Below, piece by piece: positions 1 through 8,243 of a DNA stretch of 32,000 nucleotides; positions within the stretch are counted from its first letter, which is position 1, and each line of letters opens with the position of its first letter. Position numbers and translations under genes: made by a program. Where the stretch lies: NCBI RefSeq assembly GCF_000175255.2, contig NC_017262.1:1230001-1262000 (forward strand), in the 5' to 3' direction. The notes beneath the pieces were generated by a model. It was not told the DNA's origin. It saw nothing but the letters and a program-made list of their open reading frames with translations, and did not search any database. The DNA is from Zymomonas mobilis subsp. mobilis ATCC 10988 (GTDB lineage: Bacteria; Pseudomonadota; Alphaproteobacteria; Sphingomonadales; Sphingomonadaceae).

Positions 1-365
1 ACACGAAGCGTGCCCGCTCTTTCTGGGGTATGCAGCGTACATTGGTACAGAATCTGATCGATGGTGTGACTCAAGGTTATTCTAAAACCCTTCAGATCAC
101 GGGTGTCGGTTATCGTGCTGCATCACAGGGTAAAACCCTGAAACTGCAGCTTGGCTACAGCCACGATATCGATTTTGCTATACCGGAAGGTATCACGATC
201 CAGACGCCGGAACCAACGACTGTCAATATCTCTGGTATTGATAAGCAGAAAGTTGGTCAGGTCGCGGCTGAGATTCGTCGCTGGCGTCGTCCTGAGCCCT
301 ATAAGGGTAAGGGTATCAAGTATGCCGGTGAGTTCATCTTCCGTAAGGAAGGGAAGAAGAAATAA
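1..365 (+). CDS. rplF: 50S ribosomal protein L6 (uL6), C-terminal part; the 5' end lies upstream of the window
   Basis: The frame is open from the window edge to TAA 363-365. The translation (...ITGVGYRA...LGYSHDI...[13 protein letters not shown]...) is typical uL6. It is followed by rplR-rpsE-rpmD in canonical spc-operon order. Confidence 0.93.
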   Translation, partial: TKRARSFWGMQRTLVQNLIDGVTQGYSKTLQITGVGYRAASQGKTLKLQLGYSHDIDFAIPEGITIQTPEPTTVNISGIDKQKVGQVAAEIRRWRRPEPYKGKGIKYAGEFIFRKEGKKK

Positions 366-721
366 TGGCCAAAGGTCTTTCTCTTTTTGAACGGCGTCGT
401 CAGCGGGTTCGTACCACGCTGCGTGCCAAGGGTAATCATCGTCCTCGTTTATCTGTTCACCGTTCTGGCCAGCATATTTATGCTCAGGTTATTGATGATG
501 ATCAGAGACGCACCGTTGTTGCAGCTTCCACACTGGAAAAAGCTGTAAGAGACAAATCTGGTGCGACTGTTGCAGCTGCGGCTGAAACGGGTAAACGTTT
601 AGCCGAACGCGCTTCAGCGGCTGGTATTACCAAGGTTGTATTCGACCGCGGGGGATTTTTGTTTCATGGGCGGGTAAAAGCTCTGGCTGATGCTGCCCGT
701 GAAGGCGGATTGGAGTTCTAA
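365..721 (+). CDS. rplR: 50S ribosomal protein L18 (uL18)
   Basis: 118-aa ORF whose ATG overlaps the rplF stop (TAATG). The sequence (RRRQRVR...[18 protein letters not shown]...[23 protein letters not shown]) is classic L18, and its position is between L6 and S5. Confidence 0.95.
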   Translation: MAKGLSLFERRRQRVRTTLRAKGNHRPRLSVHRSGQHIYAQVIDDDQRRTVVAASTLEKAVRDKSGATVAAAAETGKRLAERASAAGITKVVFDRGGFLFHGRVKALADAAREGGLEF

Positions 722-1423
722 ATGGCTAACGAAAGCGAAATCCAGAAAACGGAAAATGCCGAAGTTGCCAATGCTGCTAACGGCACCAATCCGAACAACG
801 AACGTCGTGGTCGTGGTGGCCGTGGTCGTGGTGGTCGTGGCCGTGATGGTCGTGGTCGCCGTGATGACCGTCGCAACGAAGAAGCTGGTGAAGAGCTGAT
901 TGAAAAGCTGGTTCACATTAACCGTGTTTCTAAGACGGTTAAAGGTGGTAAGCGCTTCGGTTTCGCCGCTTTGGTTGTTGTTGGTGACGGTAAAGGCCGC
1001 GTTGGCTTTGGTCATGGTAAAGCTCGCGAAGTGCCGGAAGCTATTTCCAAGGCAACTGCCGCAGCTAAAAAGACGATGATTCGCGTCCCGCTTCGTGAAG
1101 GTCGTACCTTGCATCATGATGGTCGTGGCCGTTTCGGTGCTGGTCTGGTCTATCTGCGTTCGGCACCGTCAGGTACCGGTATCATCGCTGGTGGTCCAAT
1201 GCGCGCCATCTTCGAAAGCCTTGGTGTTGCTGACGTCGTGACGAAGTCTGTTGGCACCAGCAACCCTTACAATATGATTCGTGCTACCTTTGAAGCACTG
1301 AACGATCAGAAAAGCCCGAAAGCCGTAGCCCAGCGCCGCGGTAAACGGATTGCTGATCTCTTCGGTCGCGGTGGTGCATCTGCAGCTAAGGCTGAAGCTG
1401 AAGCTGCTGCGGTTGTGGAGTAA
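722..1423 (+). CDS. rpsE: 30S ribosomal protein S5 (uS5) with ~50-aa Arg/Gly-rich N-terminal and Ala/Glu-rich C-terminal extensions
   Basis: 233-aa ORF that starts immediately after the rplR stop. The core ([50 protein letters not shown]...[12 protein letters not shown]) aligns with E. coli S5 from memory. The extension [24 protein letters not shown] precedes the core. Confidence 0.95.
   Translation: MANESEIQKTENAEVANAANGTNPNNERRGRGGRGRGGRGRDGRGRRDDRRNEEAGEELIEKLVHINRVSKTVKGGKRFGFAALVVVGDGKGRVGFGHGKAREVPEAISKATAAAKKTMIRVPLREGRTLHHDGRGRFGAGLVYLRSAPSGTGIIAGGPMRAIFESLGVADVVTKSVGTSNPYNMIRATFEALNDQKSPKAVAQRRGKRIADLFGRGGASAAKAEAEAAAVVE
803..874 (+). repeat. Imperfect tandem CGT-GGT codon repeat encoding the (RG/RGG)n tract of S5
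   Basis: Read directly: CGTCGTGGTCGTGGTGGCCGTGGTCGTGGTGGTCGTGGCCGTGATGGTCGTGGTCGCCGTGATGACCGTCGC. These 24 codons translate to [24 protein letters not shown]. Confidence 0.9.
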
Positions 1424-1430
1424 AAATGTG

Positions 1431-1607
1431 ATGGCAACTCTTAAAGTTACTCAGATTGGTTCTCCTATCCGTCGTAGCCCAGATCAGCGTGCAACGCTTA
1501 TTGGTCTTGGCCTCAACAAGATGCATCGCACCCGCGAATTGAAGGATACGCCCGATGTTCGGGGTATGCTTCGCAAGGTTGCTCATCTGGTTAAAGTTGA
1601 GAACTAA
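1431..1607 (+). CDS. rpmD: 50S ribosomal protein L30 (uL30)
   Basis: The internal ATG at 1431 gives a 58-aa protein, [58 protein letters not shown], which is typical L30. The longer tracked ORF (from 1350) overlaps the rpsE 3' end and is not needed. Confidence 0.93.
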   Translation: MATLKVTQIGSPIRRSPDQRATLIGLGLNKMHRTRELKDTPDVRGMLRKVAHLVKVEN

Positions 1608-1643
1608 TCTTTTCCTTGTCTTTTGATAAGGAAATTGGCAAAG

Positions 1644-1683
1644 AACAGCGTCGTCTCGATAAGAGAGGCGCTGTTTTTGTTTT
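1644..1683 (+). terminator. Intrinsic-terminator-like hairpin between rpmD and rplO
   Basis: AACAGCG (1644-1650) pairs with CGCTGTT (1669-1675), with inner pairing around a GATAA loop. It is followed by TTTTTGTTTT. A second hairpin, GGAAAGC/GCTTTCC (1684-1711), follows. Confidence 0.6.
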
Positions 1684-1757
1684 GGAAAGCTTTGATGCGC
1701 ATAGGCTTTCCTTGAAAATTTTTCTGCGCGCCAAAAGCGAAAGCGAGTGCTTTTAAT

Positions 1758-2249
1758 ATGTCTTTTAAATTAAATAGTCTGAAAGATAACGCCGGTTCAC
1801 GCGTTGGTCGTGTCCGCGTTGGTCGCGGTATTGGTTCTGGTCTTGGTAAAACCGCTGGTCGCGGTCAAAAAGGTCAGAAAAGCCGTTCTGGTGTTTCGAT
1901 TAATGGTTTCGCTGGTGGACAGATGCCCATCTATATGCGTCTCCCGAAACGCGGCTTTAACAATGTTTTCAGCAAAGACTATGCTGAAGTTAACCTTGGC
2001 GTTGTTCAAAAGCTGATTGAATCTGGCCGTCTTGATGCCAAAAATCCGATCGACCACCAGGCTTTAAAAGCGGCTGGTGTTGCCCGCGGTGGTAAAGATG
2101 GTGTTCGTATCCTCGGTAAAGGTGAGATTGCTTCTAAAGTAACCTTCAAAGTTGCTGGCATTTCTAAAGCTGCCCGCGAAGCCGTTGAAAAGGCTGGCGG
2201 ATCGGTTGAAATCATTGCTCGTCGCAATGTTGAAAAGACAGACGCCTAA
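1758..2249 (+). CDS. rplO: 50S ribosomal protein L15 (uL15)
   Basis: 163-aa ORF. The N-terminus ([11 protein letters not shown]....[25 protein letters not shown]) is the L15 signature. Confidence 0.95.
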   Translation: MSFKLNSLKDNAGSRVGRVRVGRGIGSGLGKTAGRGQKGQKSRSGVSINGFAGGQMPIYMRLPKRGFNNVFSKDYAEVNLGVVQKLIESGRLDAKNPIDHQALKAAGVARGGKDGVRILGKGEIASKVTFKVAGISKAAREAVEKAGGSVEIIARRNVEKTDA

Positions 2250-2281
2250 TAGGCTAGGCACCAAGCCTGATTAAAAGAAGG

Positions 2282-2320
2282 ACGGTCTGTTAAGGTATTT
2301 ACCTTTGCAGGCCGTTTTTT
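2282..2320 (+). terminator. Intrinsic terminator downstream of rplO
   Basis: ACGGTCTG (2282-2289) pairs with CAGGCCGT (2308-2315, one G-U). Inner AAGGT/ACCTT pairing extends the stem. It is followed by a T6 run. Confidence 0.7.
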
Positions 2321-2534
2321 CTGGAATAAACGTCATTTTAGGCAAAGGCTTGGTTGTCAACTTTGCATTCACTGCTTAAACCCTCTATGTCCGGTTCTTG
2401 AGTTTTTATTACTCAAGAGGTCGTGGAAAGAAGATAAGGCTCGAGCTTTCTCTTTATCTTTTGCGGCATGTCGATCATACGTCATGATAGTTTTTTAAAA
2501 TCTATCAGCAATTTTTTCGGGGTTCGACTGAATA

Positions 2535-3923
2535 ATGGCATCAGCAGCCAATCAATTTGCCTCTAATTTCAATCTATCCCAGTTTGGGAAGGCCACTGAC
2601 CTTAAAAAGCGCTTGTGGTTTACCTTTCTGGCTTTGATTGTTTTTCGGTTACTTTCTTTTGTGCCGTTACCGGGGATTGATCCGCGCACTATGGGCGCGC
2701 TTTTTGCGCAGACACATGGTGGTGTGCTGGATTTCTTTAATACTTTTTCCGGTGGTTCTCTAAGTCGTATGTCATTGATCGCTTTGGGATTAATGCCTTA
2801 TATTACGGCTTCTATTGTCGTTCAGCTTTCAACCTCTCTTAGCCCACATCTTGAGGCTTTGAAAAAAGAAGGTGAAAGTGGCCGAAAAAAACTGAACCAA
2901 TATACGCGTTACGGCACGGTTCTTCTGACTGCGATTCAAGGGTATTTTATTGCCGTTGGATTAGAAAACTGGAAAACGCCTGCGGGCTTATCTGCCGTCG
3001 TCGATCCGGGTTTACTTTTCCGCATCAGCTGCGTGATTTCCCTGATTGGCGGTACCATGTTTTTGATGTGGCTAGGTGAACAGATTACAAGCCGCGGCGT
3101 GGGGAATGGAACATCGCTTATCATTATGGCGGGGATTGTTTCACAGCTTCCGGTTATTATTCTGAATACGCTGGAACGTACAAGAAGCGGAGCTGTTAAT
3201 CCTGCTCTGATTATTGCTGTTATTGCTGTTGTAGCGGCCTTGGTTCTGTTCATCTGTTTTATGGAACGAGCGCAAAGGCGTGTTTTAATTCAGTATCCTA
3301 AACGCCAATCTGCTAATGGGATGATGCAGGCGGATAAAAGCCATCTGCCGTTAAAGTTAAATACCGCTAATGTCATCCCGCCCATTTTTGCGTCTTCTGT
3401 TTTATTAATGCCATTGACGATTACGCAATTTGCTGGCCAGCGGGTGACTGCAGGGGGACGGTGGAGCAATATTCTGATTACGCTCAACCAGTATCTGGCA
3501 CATGGCACATGGCTGTATATGCTTTTATACGGGATCGGGATCGTTTTCTTCAGCTTCTTCTATACGGCCATTGTTTTCAATCCAGAAGAAACAGCTGATA
3601 ATTTGAAGCGCTATGGCGGTTTTATTCCCGGTATCCGTCCAGGTAAAGCCACCGCAGATTATCTCGATTATTTGCTGACCCGTATTACGGTTATCGGAGC
3701 CGCTTATCTGACTTGCATCTGTTTAGTGCCAGAATTTATGGCTAGCGAGTTGGGTATGACTTCTTTTGCTATTGGCGGAACCAGTCTGTTGATCGTTGTT
3801 AATGTGACGATTGACACGGTCACCCAGATCCAAAGCCATTTGATTGCCCATCAATATGGTGACTTAATCCGTAAGTCGAAATTGCGTGGTAAGAGCATTC
3901 GGCGGCGCCAAAGATTGAAATAG
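2535..3923 (+). CDS. secY: Preprotein translocase subunit SecY
   Basis: 462-aa polytopic membrane ORF. SecY hallmarks are present: ...LKKRLWFTFLALIVFRL..VPLPGID..., GLMPYITASIVVQL, and GRKK(L)NQYTRY. Confidence 0.96.
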   Translation: MASAANQFASNFNLSQFGKATDLKKRLWFTFLALIVFRLLSFVPLPGIDPRTMGALFAQTHGGVLDFFNTFSGGSLSRMSLIALGLMPYITASIVVQLSTSLSPHLEALKKEGESGRKKLNQYTRYGTVLLTAIQGYFIAVGLENWKTPAGLSAVVDPGLLFRISCVISLIGGTMFLMWLGEQITSRGVGNGTSLIIMAGIVSQLPVIILNTLERTRSGAVNPALIIAVIAVVAALVLFICFMERAQRRVLIQYPKRQSANGMMQADKSHLPLKLNTANVIPPIFASSVLLMPLTITQFAGQRVTAGGRWSNILITLNQYLAHGTWLYMLLYGIGIVFFSFFYTAIVFNPEETADNLKRYGGFIPGIRPGKATADYLDYLLTRITVIGAAYLTCICLVPEFMASELGMTSFAIGGTSLLIVVNVTIDTVTQIQSHLIAHQYGDLIRKSKLRGKSIRRRQRLK

Positions 3924-3955
3924 GTTTTCCTGTTTAATAAATCGGAATCTTTACA

Positions 3956-4627
3956 ATGAACATTATTCTTTTTGGCCCGCCGGGGGCTGGCAAGGGAACA
4001 CAAGCCCATCGATTAGTCCATGACTTTGGGATGGTTCAGCTCTCTACAGGTGATATTTTGCGTCAGGCCGTTAAAGAAGGTACTGAAGTGGGCAAAATCG
4101 CTGGCGAATTGATGAAGGCTGGTAAGCTGATTCCTGATGACCTGATGATCAGAATTTTGGGCGAGCGTCTCGATAAACCCGATACCAAAAATGGCGTCAT
4201 TTTTGATGGTTTTCCTCGGACAAAACCTCAGGTTGAAGCGCTCGATAAGTTATTGGCAGAACGCCACAGCAAACTTGATTGCGTCATTGAGATCAAAGTC
4301 GATGAAAACGCCTTAGTAAAGCGGATTGTCGGACGCTATGTTTGTGCTCAATGTGGCGCTGGATATCACGATGAATTCAAACGCCCCCACAAAGAAGGGG
4401 TTTGTGACATCTGTGGTTCTACTGAATTCAAACGTCGCCCTGATGATAATGAAGAAGCCGTTCGGGCAAGATTAGTAGAATATCACGAAAAGACTGCCCC
4501 AATTTTGCCGGTTTATGAAGCGAGAGGCATTGTCGCTTACGTAGACGGGATGCTCCCCATGGGAGACGTCGCGACTAAAATCGCAGAAATTCTGAAAGAG
4601 AAGGGTGCTAAACCTATCTCTGCATAA
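3956..4627 (+). CDS. adk: Adenylate kinase (long type with a four-Cys lid)
   Basis: 223 aa. It has the P-loop GPPGAGKGTQ and the motif FDGFPRT. The lid contains CAQC...CDIC (CxxC-N16-CxxC). Confidence 0.95.
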   Translation: MNIILFGPPGAGKGTQAHRLVHDFGMVQLSTGDILRQAVKEGTEVGKIAGELMKAGKLIPDDLMIRILGERLDKPDTKNGVIFDGFPRTKPQVEALDKLLAERHSKLDCVIEIKVDENALVKRIVGRYVCAQCGAGYHDEFKRPHKEGVCDICGSTEFKRRPDDNEEAVRARLVEYHEKTAPILPVYEARGIVAYVDGMLPMGDVATKIAEILKEKGAKPISA

Positions 4628-4652
4628 TGCGCTTTTTCTGCTTTTATATCTC

Positions 4653-4684
4653 AAAGGCAGGTCATTTATGGCCTGCCTTTTTTA
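4653..4684 (+). terminator. Intrinsic terminator after adk
   Basis: GGCAGG (4656-4661) pairs with CCTGCC (4672-4677), extendable with one G-U. It is flanked by AAA upstream and T6 downstream. Confidence 0.8.
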
Positions 4685-4960
4685 TATTAAAATAGGGTTG
4701 TTCCACGCTTCATTTTCTATGATCTTTTGAGTGGGCTTTTTTATTGCTATTTTTTTAAAGATTTTTTATAGAAAAAGAGAATAATTGCTGGTTTTGTATC
4801 AGTTGTCCTTGACTCATGCCTACCTAACGGTTAGCAAGCTTGCTCTTTTGCAGTTGTCAATCGCAGGGGTGTTTCGGCATGTCTGGGGTGATAGCTGTAA
4901 TAAAAAAAGCGCTGAGATGAGATATGTGCCACATATCTCGTGGAGCAGGAGATTACAGAC

Positions 4961-5329
4961 ATGGCTCGTATTGCGGGTGTCAATATCCCGACAAACAAAC
5001 GTGTAGAGATCGCACTTACCTATATTCATGGTATCGGTCCGACCACGGCTAAGAAAATCGTTACCAAGCTTGGTATCGCGCCGGAACGGCGTGTCCAGGA
5101 TCTTTCTGACAACGAAGTATTGCAGATTCGTGAAGCTATTGATGCTGACTATACGGTTGAAGGTGATCTTCGCCGTCAGGTCGCTATGAACATCAAGCGT
5201 TTGATGGATCTTGCCTGCTATCGCGGTTTGCGTCATCGTAAAGGGTTGCCTGTCCGTGGCCAGCGCACTCACACCAATGCACGCACGCGTAAGGGTAAAG
5301 CTAAGCCCATCGCTGGCAAGAAGAAATAA
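4961..5329 (+). CDS. rpsM: 30S ribosomal protein S13 (uS13)
   Basis: The ATG at 4961 ([26 protein letters not shown]...) is the canonical S13 N-terminus. It is preceded by GGAGCAGGAG. The tracked ORF begins at an upstream GTG (4940), which is unlikely to be used. Confidence 0.94.
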   Translation: MARIAGVNIPTNKRVEIALTYIHGIGPTTAKKIVTKLGIAPERRVQDLSDNEVLQIREAIDADYTVEGDLRRQVAMNIKRLMDLACYRGLRHRKGLPVRGQRTHTNARTRKGKAKPIAGKKK

Positions 5330-5331
5330 GC

Positions 5332-5366
5332 AGATATCTTCTTAAAAGATATCTTTTTGCTTTTGC
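5332..5366 (+). terminator. Terminator/attenuator-like hairpin between rpsM and rpsK
   Basis: AGATATCTT (5332-5340) pairs perfectly with AAGATATCT (5346-5354) across loop CTTAA. It is followed by TTTTGCTTTTGC. Confidence 0.55.
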
Positions 5367-5393
5367 ATCATCCAGCCTGAGGAATTTTAGGAT

Positions 5394-5783
5394 ATGGCAC
5401 GCGAACCGCAGCGCGTTAAAAGACGCGAGCGTAAAAATATTTCAGCCGGCGTAGCTCATGTTAACGCCAGCTTCAATAATACAATGATCACCATCACCGA
5501 TGCACAGGGAAATGCTATTTCCTGGTCATCTGCTGGTATGATGGGCTTCAAGGGCAGCCGTAAATCGACGCCTTATGCTGCACAGGTTGCCGCAGAAGAT
5601 GCCGGTAAAAAGGCCGCTGAACATGGTGTCCGCACTTTAGAAGTCGAAGTTAAAGGTCCGGGTTCAGGTCGTGAATCTGCCCTTCGCGCTTTGCAGGCTG
5701 TCGGTTTTCATATCACTTCTATCCGTGATGTGACCCCGATTCCGCATAATGGCGTGCGTCCTTCTAAACGGCGTCGTGTCTGA
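5394..5783 (+). CDS. rpsK: 30S ribosomal protein S11 (uS11)
   Basis: 129 aa. [42 protein letters not shown] is the S11 signature. Confidence 0.96.
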   Translation: MAREPQRVKRRERKNISAGVAHVNASFNNTMITITDAQGNAISWSSAGMMGFKGSRKSTPYAAQVAAEDAGKKAAEHGVRTLEVEVKGPGSGRESALRALQAVGFHITSIRDVTPIPHNGVRPSKRRRV

Positions 5784-5793
5784 TCGATCTGGC

Positions 5794-5828
5794 GAAGGGC
5801 ATCAGTGTCCTTCCTTTTCCATTTTTTT
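5794..5828 (+). terminator. Terminator-like hairpin after rpsK
   Basis: GAAGGGCA (5794-5801) pairs with TGTCCTTC (5806-5813, one G-U) across loop TCAG. It is followed by CTTTTCCATTTTTTT. Confidence 0.55.
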
Positions 5829-5832
5829 GGTG

Positions 5833-5854
5833 GCCGGCGGGCAGCCCTGCCGGC
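5833..5854 (+). other. GC-rich 9-bp hairpin in the rpoA leader
   Basis: GCCGGCGGG (5833-5841) pairs with CCTGCCGGC (5846-5854) across loop CAGC. It lies 22 nt upstream of the rpoA GTG. Confidence 0.6.
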
Positions 5855-5875
5855 TCAACTCACAAGGGGACGAAC

Positions 5876-6937
5876 GTGGCTGTCAACGCTAAGAACTGGC
5901 AGGAACTTAAAAAGCCCAACGCCCTGGAAAAGAAAGCGAGCGGGAACGGCAAATGCAAGGCAACTTTTGTTGCCGAGCCATTAGAGCGCGGCTTTGGTCT
6001 GACGCTTGGTAATGCACTGCGCCGTGTGCTGTTATCTTCACTGCAAGGGGCAGCCATTACGGCTATCAAGATCGAAAATGTGTTGCATGAATTCTCGTCC
6101 CTGAATGGGGTTCGTGAAGATGTGACCGATATCGTTCTTAATATCAAGCAGGTCGCGATTAAAATGCAGGGAGACGGTAGCCGTCGCCTTCATATTTCTC
6201 GTACCGGCCCAGGTGTGGTTACTGCCGGCGATATTGCTGTTAGCGGTGATATCGAGGTGATGAATCCAGAATTAGTGATCTGTCATCTTGATCAGGGTGC
6301 CGTCTTTAATGCTGAATTGACCGTTGATACCGGCAAAGGCTATGTTGCCGCTGTGGCTAACCGTCCGGCAGATGCACCTATTGGTCTTATTCCAGTTGAT
6401 GCGCTTTATTCTCCGGTAAGACAGGTTGCATATAAAGTCGAAAATGCCCGCGTTGGTCAGGAACTCGATTACGACAAGCTTTTGTTGACGATCGAAACCG
6501 ATGGTACCATTTCGCCGGAAGATGCGATTGCTTATTCAGCCCGTATCCTTCAGGATCAACTTCAGCTCTTTGTCCACTTTGATGATGGTCTGGCTCCGCC
6601 AACCTCTGCTATTGGACAGAGCTCGCTGCCTTCTTCCAGCAGCGAAGCTGAAAATAGTGCTAATCAGCTTAATCGTAACCTTCTCAAGAAGGTTGACGAA
6701 TTAGAACTCTCTGTTCGTTCTGCTAACTGTCTCAAGAATGACAATATCATTTACATCGGTGATCTTGTCCAGAAGACTGAAGCAGAAATGCTGCGCACCC
6801 CGAATTTTGGCCGTAAATCCTTGAATGAAATCAAGGAAGTGCTGTCCGGTATGGGATTGCGTCTGGGTATGGAAATCCCTGGTTGGCCGCCTGAAAATAT
6901 TGAGGAAATGGCCAAAAAGCTCGAACAGGAATATTGA
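5876..6937 (+). CDS. rpoA: DNA-directed RNA polymerase alpha subunit
   Basis: 353 aa with a GTG start preceded by AAGGGGA. The N-terminal domain shows [23 protein letters not shown]. The C-terminal domain shows [22 protein letters not shown]...[18 protein letters not shown]. Confidence 0.96.
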
Positions 6938-6946
6938 TTTCTGTAA

Positions 6947-6975
6947 ACCGGCCTGAAAATCAGGCCGGTCTTTCG
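6947..6975 (+). terminator. Hairpin/attenuator between rpoA and rplQ
   Basis: ACCGGCCTGA (6947-6956) pairs perfectly with TCAGGCCGGT (6960-6969) across loop AAA. The trailing CTTTCGC is only a weak U tract, so this is probably a partial terminator or a processing site. Confidence 0.5.
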
Positions 6976-7056
6976 CAGCAGAGTTAGGCGCTCTCTTTAA
7001 AAAAGCGTGGTCCAAGGTACCTGAAACGGCCTTGAGAACAAACGAAAGGATTTAAA

Positions 7057-7479
7057 ATGCGTCATCGTGTAGGCGGCCGCAAGCTGCAACGTACTTCCAG
7101 CCATCGTCTGGCTTTGTTCCGCAATCAGTCAGCGGCTCTGATTAAGCATGAACAGATCATCACGACTTTGGCTAAGGCACGTGAATTACGTCCTTACACC
7201 GAAAAGCTTATCACGCTGGCTAAAAAAGGTGGCTTGGCTAACCGTCGTTTAGCTCATAGCCGGTTGCTGGACGATACTCAGCTGAAAAAGCTGTTTGACG
7301 TTTTGGCTGAACGTTACAAAGATCGTAACGGTGGCTATACGCGTATCATCAAAGCCGGTATCCGTGCTTCCGACGCAGCCCAGATGGCTGTGATTGAATT
7401 GGTTGATCGCGATACCACGGCAAAAGGTCAGGATTCTGGCCCTGTTCAGGTTGAAGAACAGGAAAATGAAGAAGCCTGA
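7057..7479 (+). CDS. rplQ: 50S ribosomal protein L17 (bL17)
   Basis: 140 aa. [24 protein letters not shown]...ITTLAKAKELRP is the L17 signature. The SD GAAAGGA lies 7 nt upstream. Confidence 0.96.
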   Translation: MRHRVGGRKLQRTSSHRLALFRNQSAALIKHEQIITTLAKARELRPYTEKLITLAKKGGLANRRLAHSRLLDDTQLKKLFDVLAERYKDRNGGYTRIIKAGIRASDAAQMAVIELVDRDTTAKGQDSGPVQVEEQENEEA

Positions 7480-7507
7480 TTTCTTTCAAAGCTTATTTTA
7501 AAAAGGG

Positions 7508-7543
7508 AAGGGGCTTATTAGCCCCTTTCTTTTTGTTTTTTTC
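7508..7543 (+). terminator. Strong intrinsic terminator ending the alpha operon
   Basis: AAGGGGCT (7508-7515) pairs with AGCCCCTT (7520-7527) across loop TATT. It is followed by TCTTTTTGTTTTTTT. Confidence 0.85.
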
Positions 7544-7623
7544 TAAAAAATTTCAAAAAAATCAAAGCAGGGCTTGCCTTTTTTGCTCGAGATGATTAGA
7601 GCTGCACCCCGCAACACAAATGC

Positions 7624-7714
7624 GGAGTGGTGGCCGAGTGGTCGAAGGCGCACGCCTGGAAAGTGTGTAGGGGCTAACCGCCTCTCGTGGGTTCGAATCC
7701 CACCCGCTCCGCCA
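7624..7714 (+). tRNA. tRNA-Ser (anticodon GGA), CCA encoded
   Basis: Folded by hand. The acceptor stem is GGAGTGG/CCGCTCC. The anticodon stem is CACGC/GTGTG with loop CTGGAAA. It has a long variable arm, a T arm GTGGG-TTCGAAT-CCCAC, discriminator G and an encoded CCA. Confidence 0.92.
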
Positions 7715-7734
7715 GTTTTTTGAAACTGGTTTCC
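7712..7734 (+). terminator. Hairpin terminator overlapping the tRNA 3' CCA
   Basis: CCAGTTT (7712-7718) pairs with AAACTGG (7723-7729) across loop TTTG. It is followed by TTTCC. Confidence 0.5.
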
Positions 7735-8243
7735 TGACTTTCCATTTTCCCCTTATTTTAAAAAATAGAGGACTAGCTTTAATCGGCTAAGGTAATCCTC
7801 ATTTTCTCATCGAATTTTTGGGTCTAGCCAATCAAAATATTAAAATTCCGATAGTTTATTCAGCCCCAATTATTTCTGTAATTTTTCTAAGTGGCGTTTT
7901 CCTAAATTATATATCAGCTCTGCTGAAACGCGCCCTTGTGTCTTGCCATAAGATAGCAATAAATTTTTCAAATTATTCGATCATATATCCATTAGTCTTG
8001 TTTTAATTTATCGGTCAGTATTTCTGAATTAAGGTTTTGTAATTAAATTTTTATCCCAGCCCAAGATTTCTATAATTTTACAAAGCGTCTTTTTTGATAA
8101 AATGTAATATTATTACAATTTATGTCTTTTAAAATATATCTATTACAATGTGCCATTAGATAAAAAAATAAATATAAATCCTGACAATTGAATGATATGA
8201 GAATTTTGCAAAGAGAGTGAACTTATAGAAGTGAAAGCGTAAA

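Noticed and set aside
614-1117. 167-aa antisense ORF opposite rplR/rpsE (contains a [18 protein letters not shown] run)
   Set aside because: It is the mirror image of the CGT-GGT repeat and of highly expressed ribosomal genes, so it is a typical shadow ORF.
3924-5393. Expected infA / rpmJ (L36) / map / rpsD genes between secY and rpoA
   Set aside because: I looked for an L36-like MKVR... mini-ORF and other small genes in the adk-rpsM gap and found none. As far as I recall, their absence from this cluster is normal for alphaproteobacteria, so it is not reported as an anomaly.
7818-8006. 62-aa hydrophobic ORF in the AT-rich spacer after tRNA-Ser
   Set aside because: It has a non-ATG start, no SD, and a composition-driven Ile/Leu/Phe/Asn-rich translation typical of random ORFs in ~25% GC DNA.
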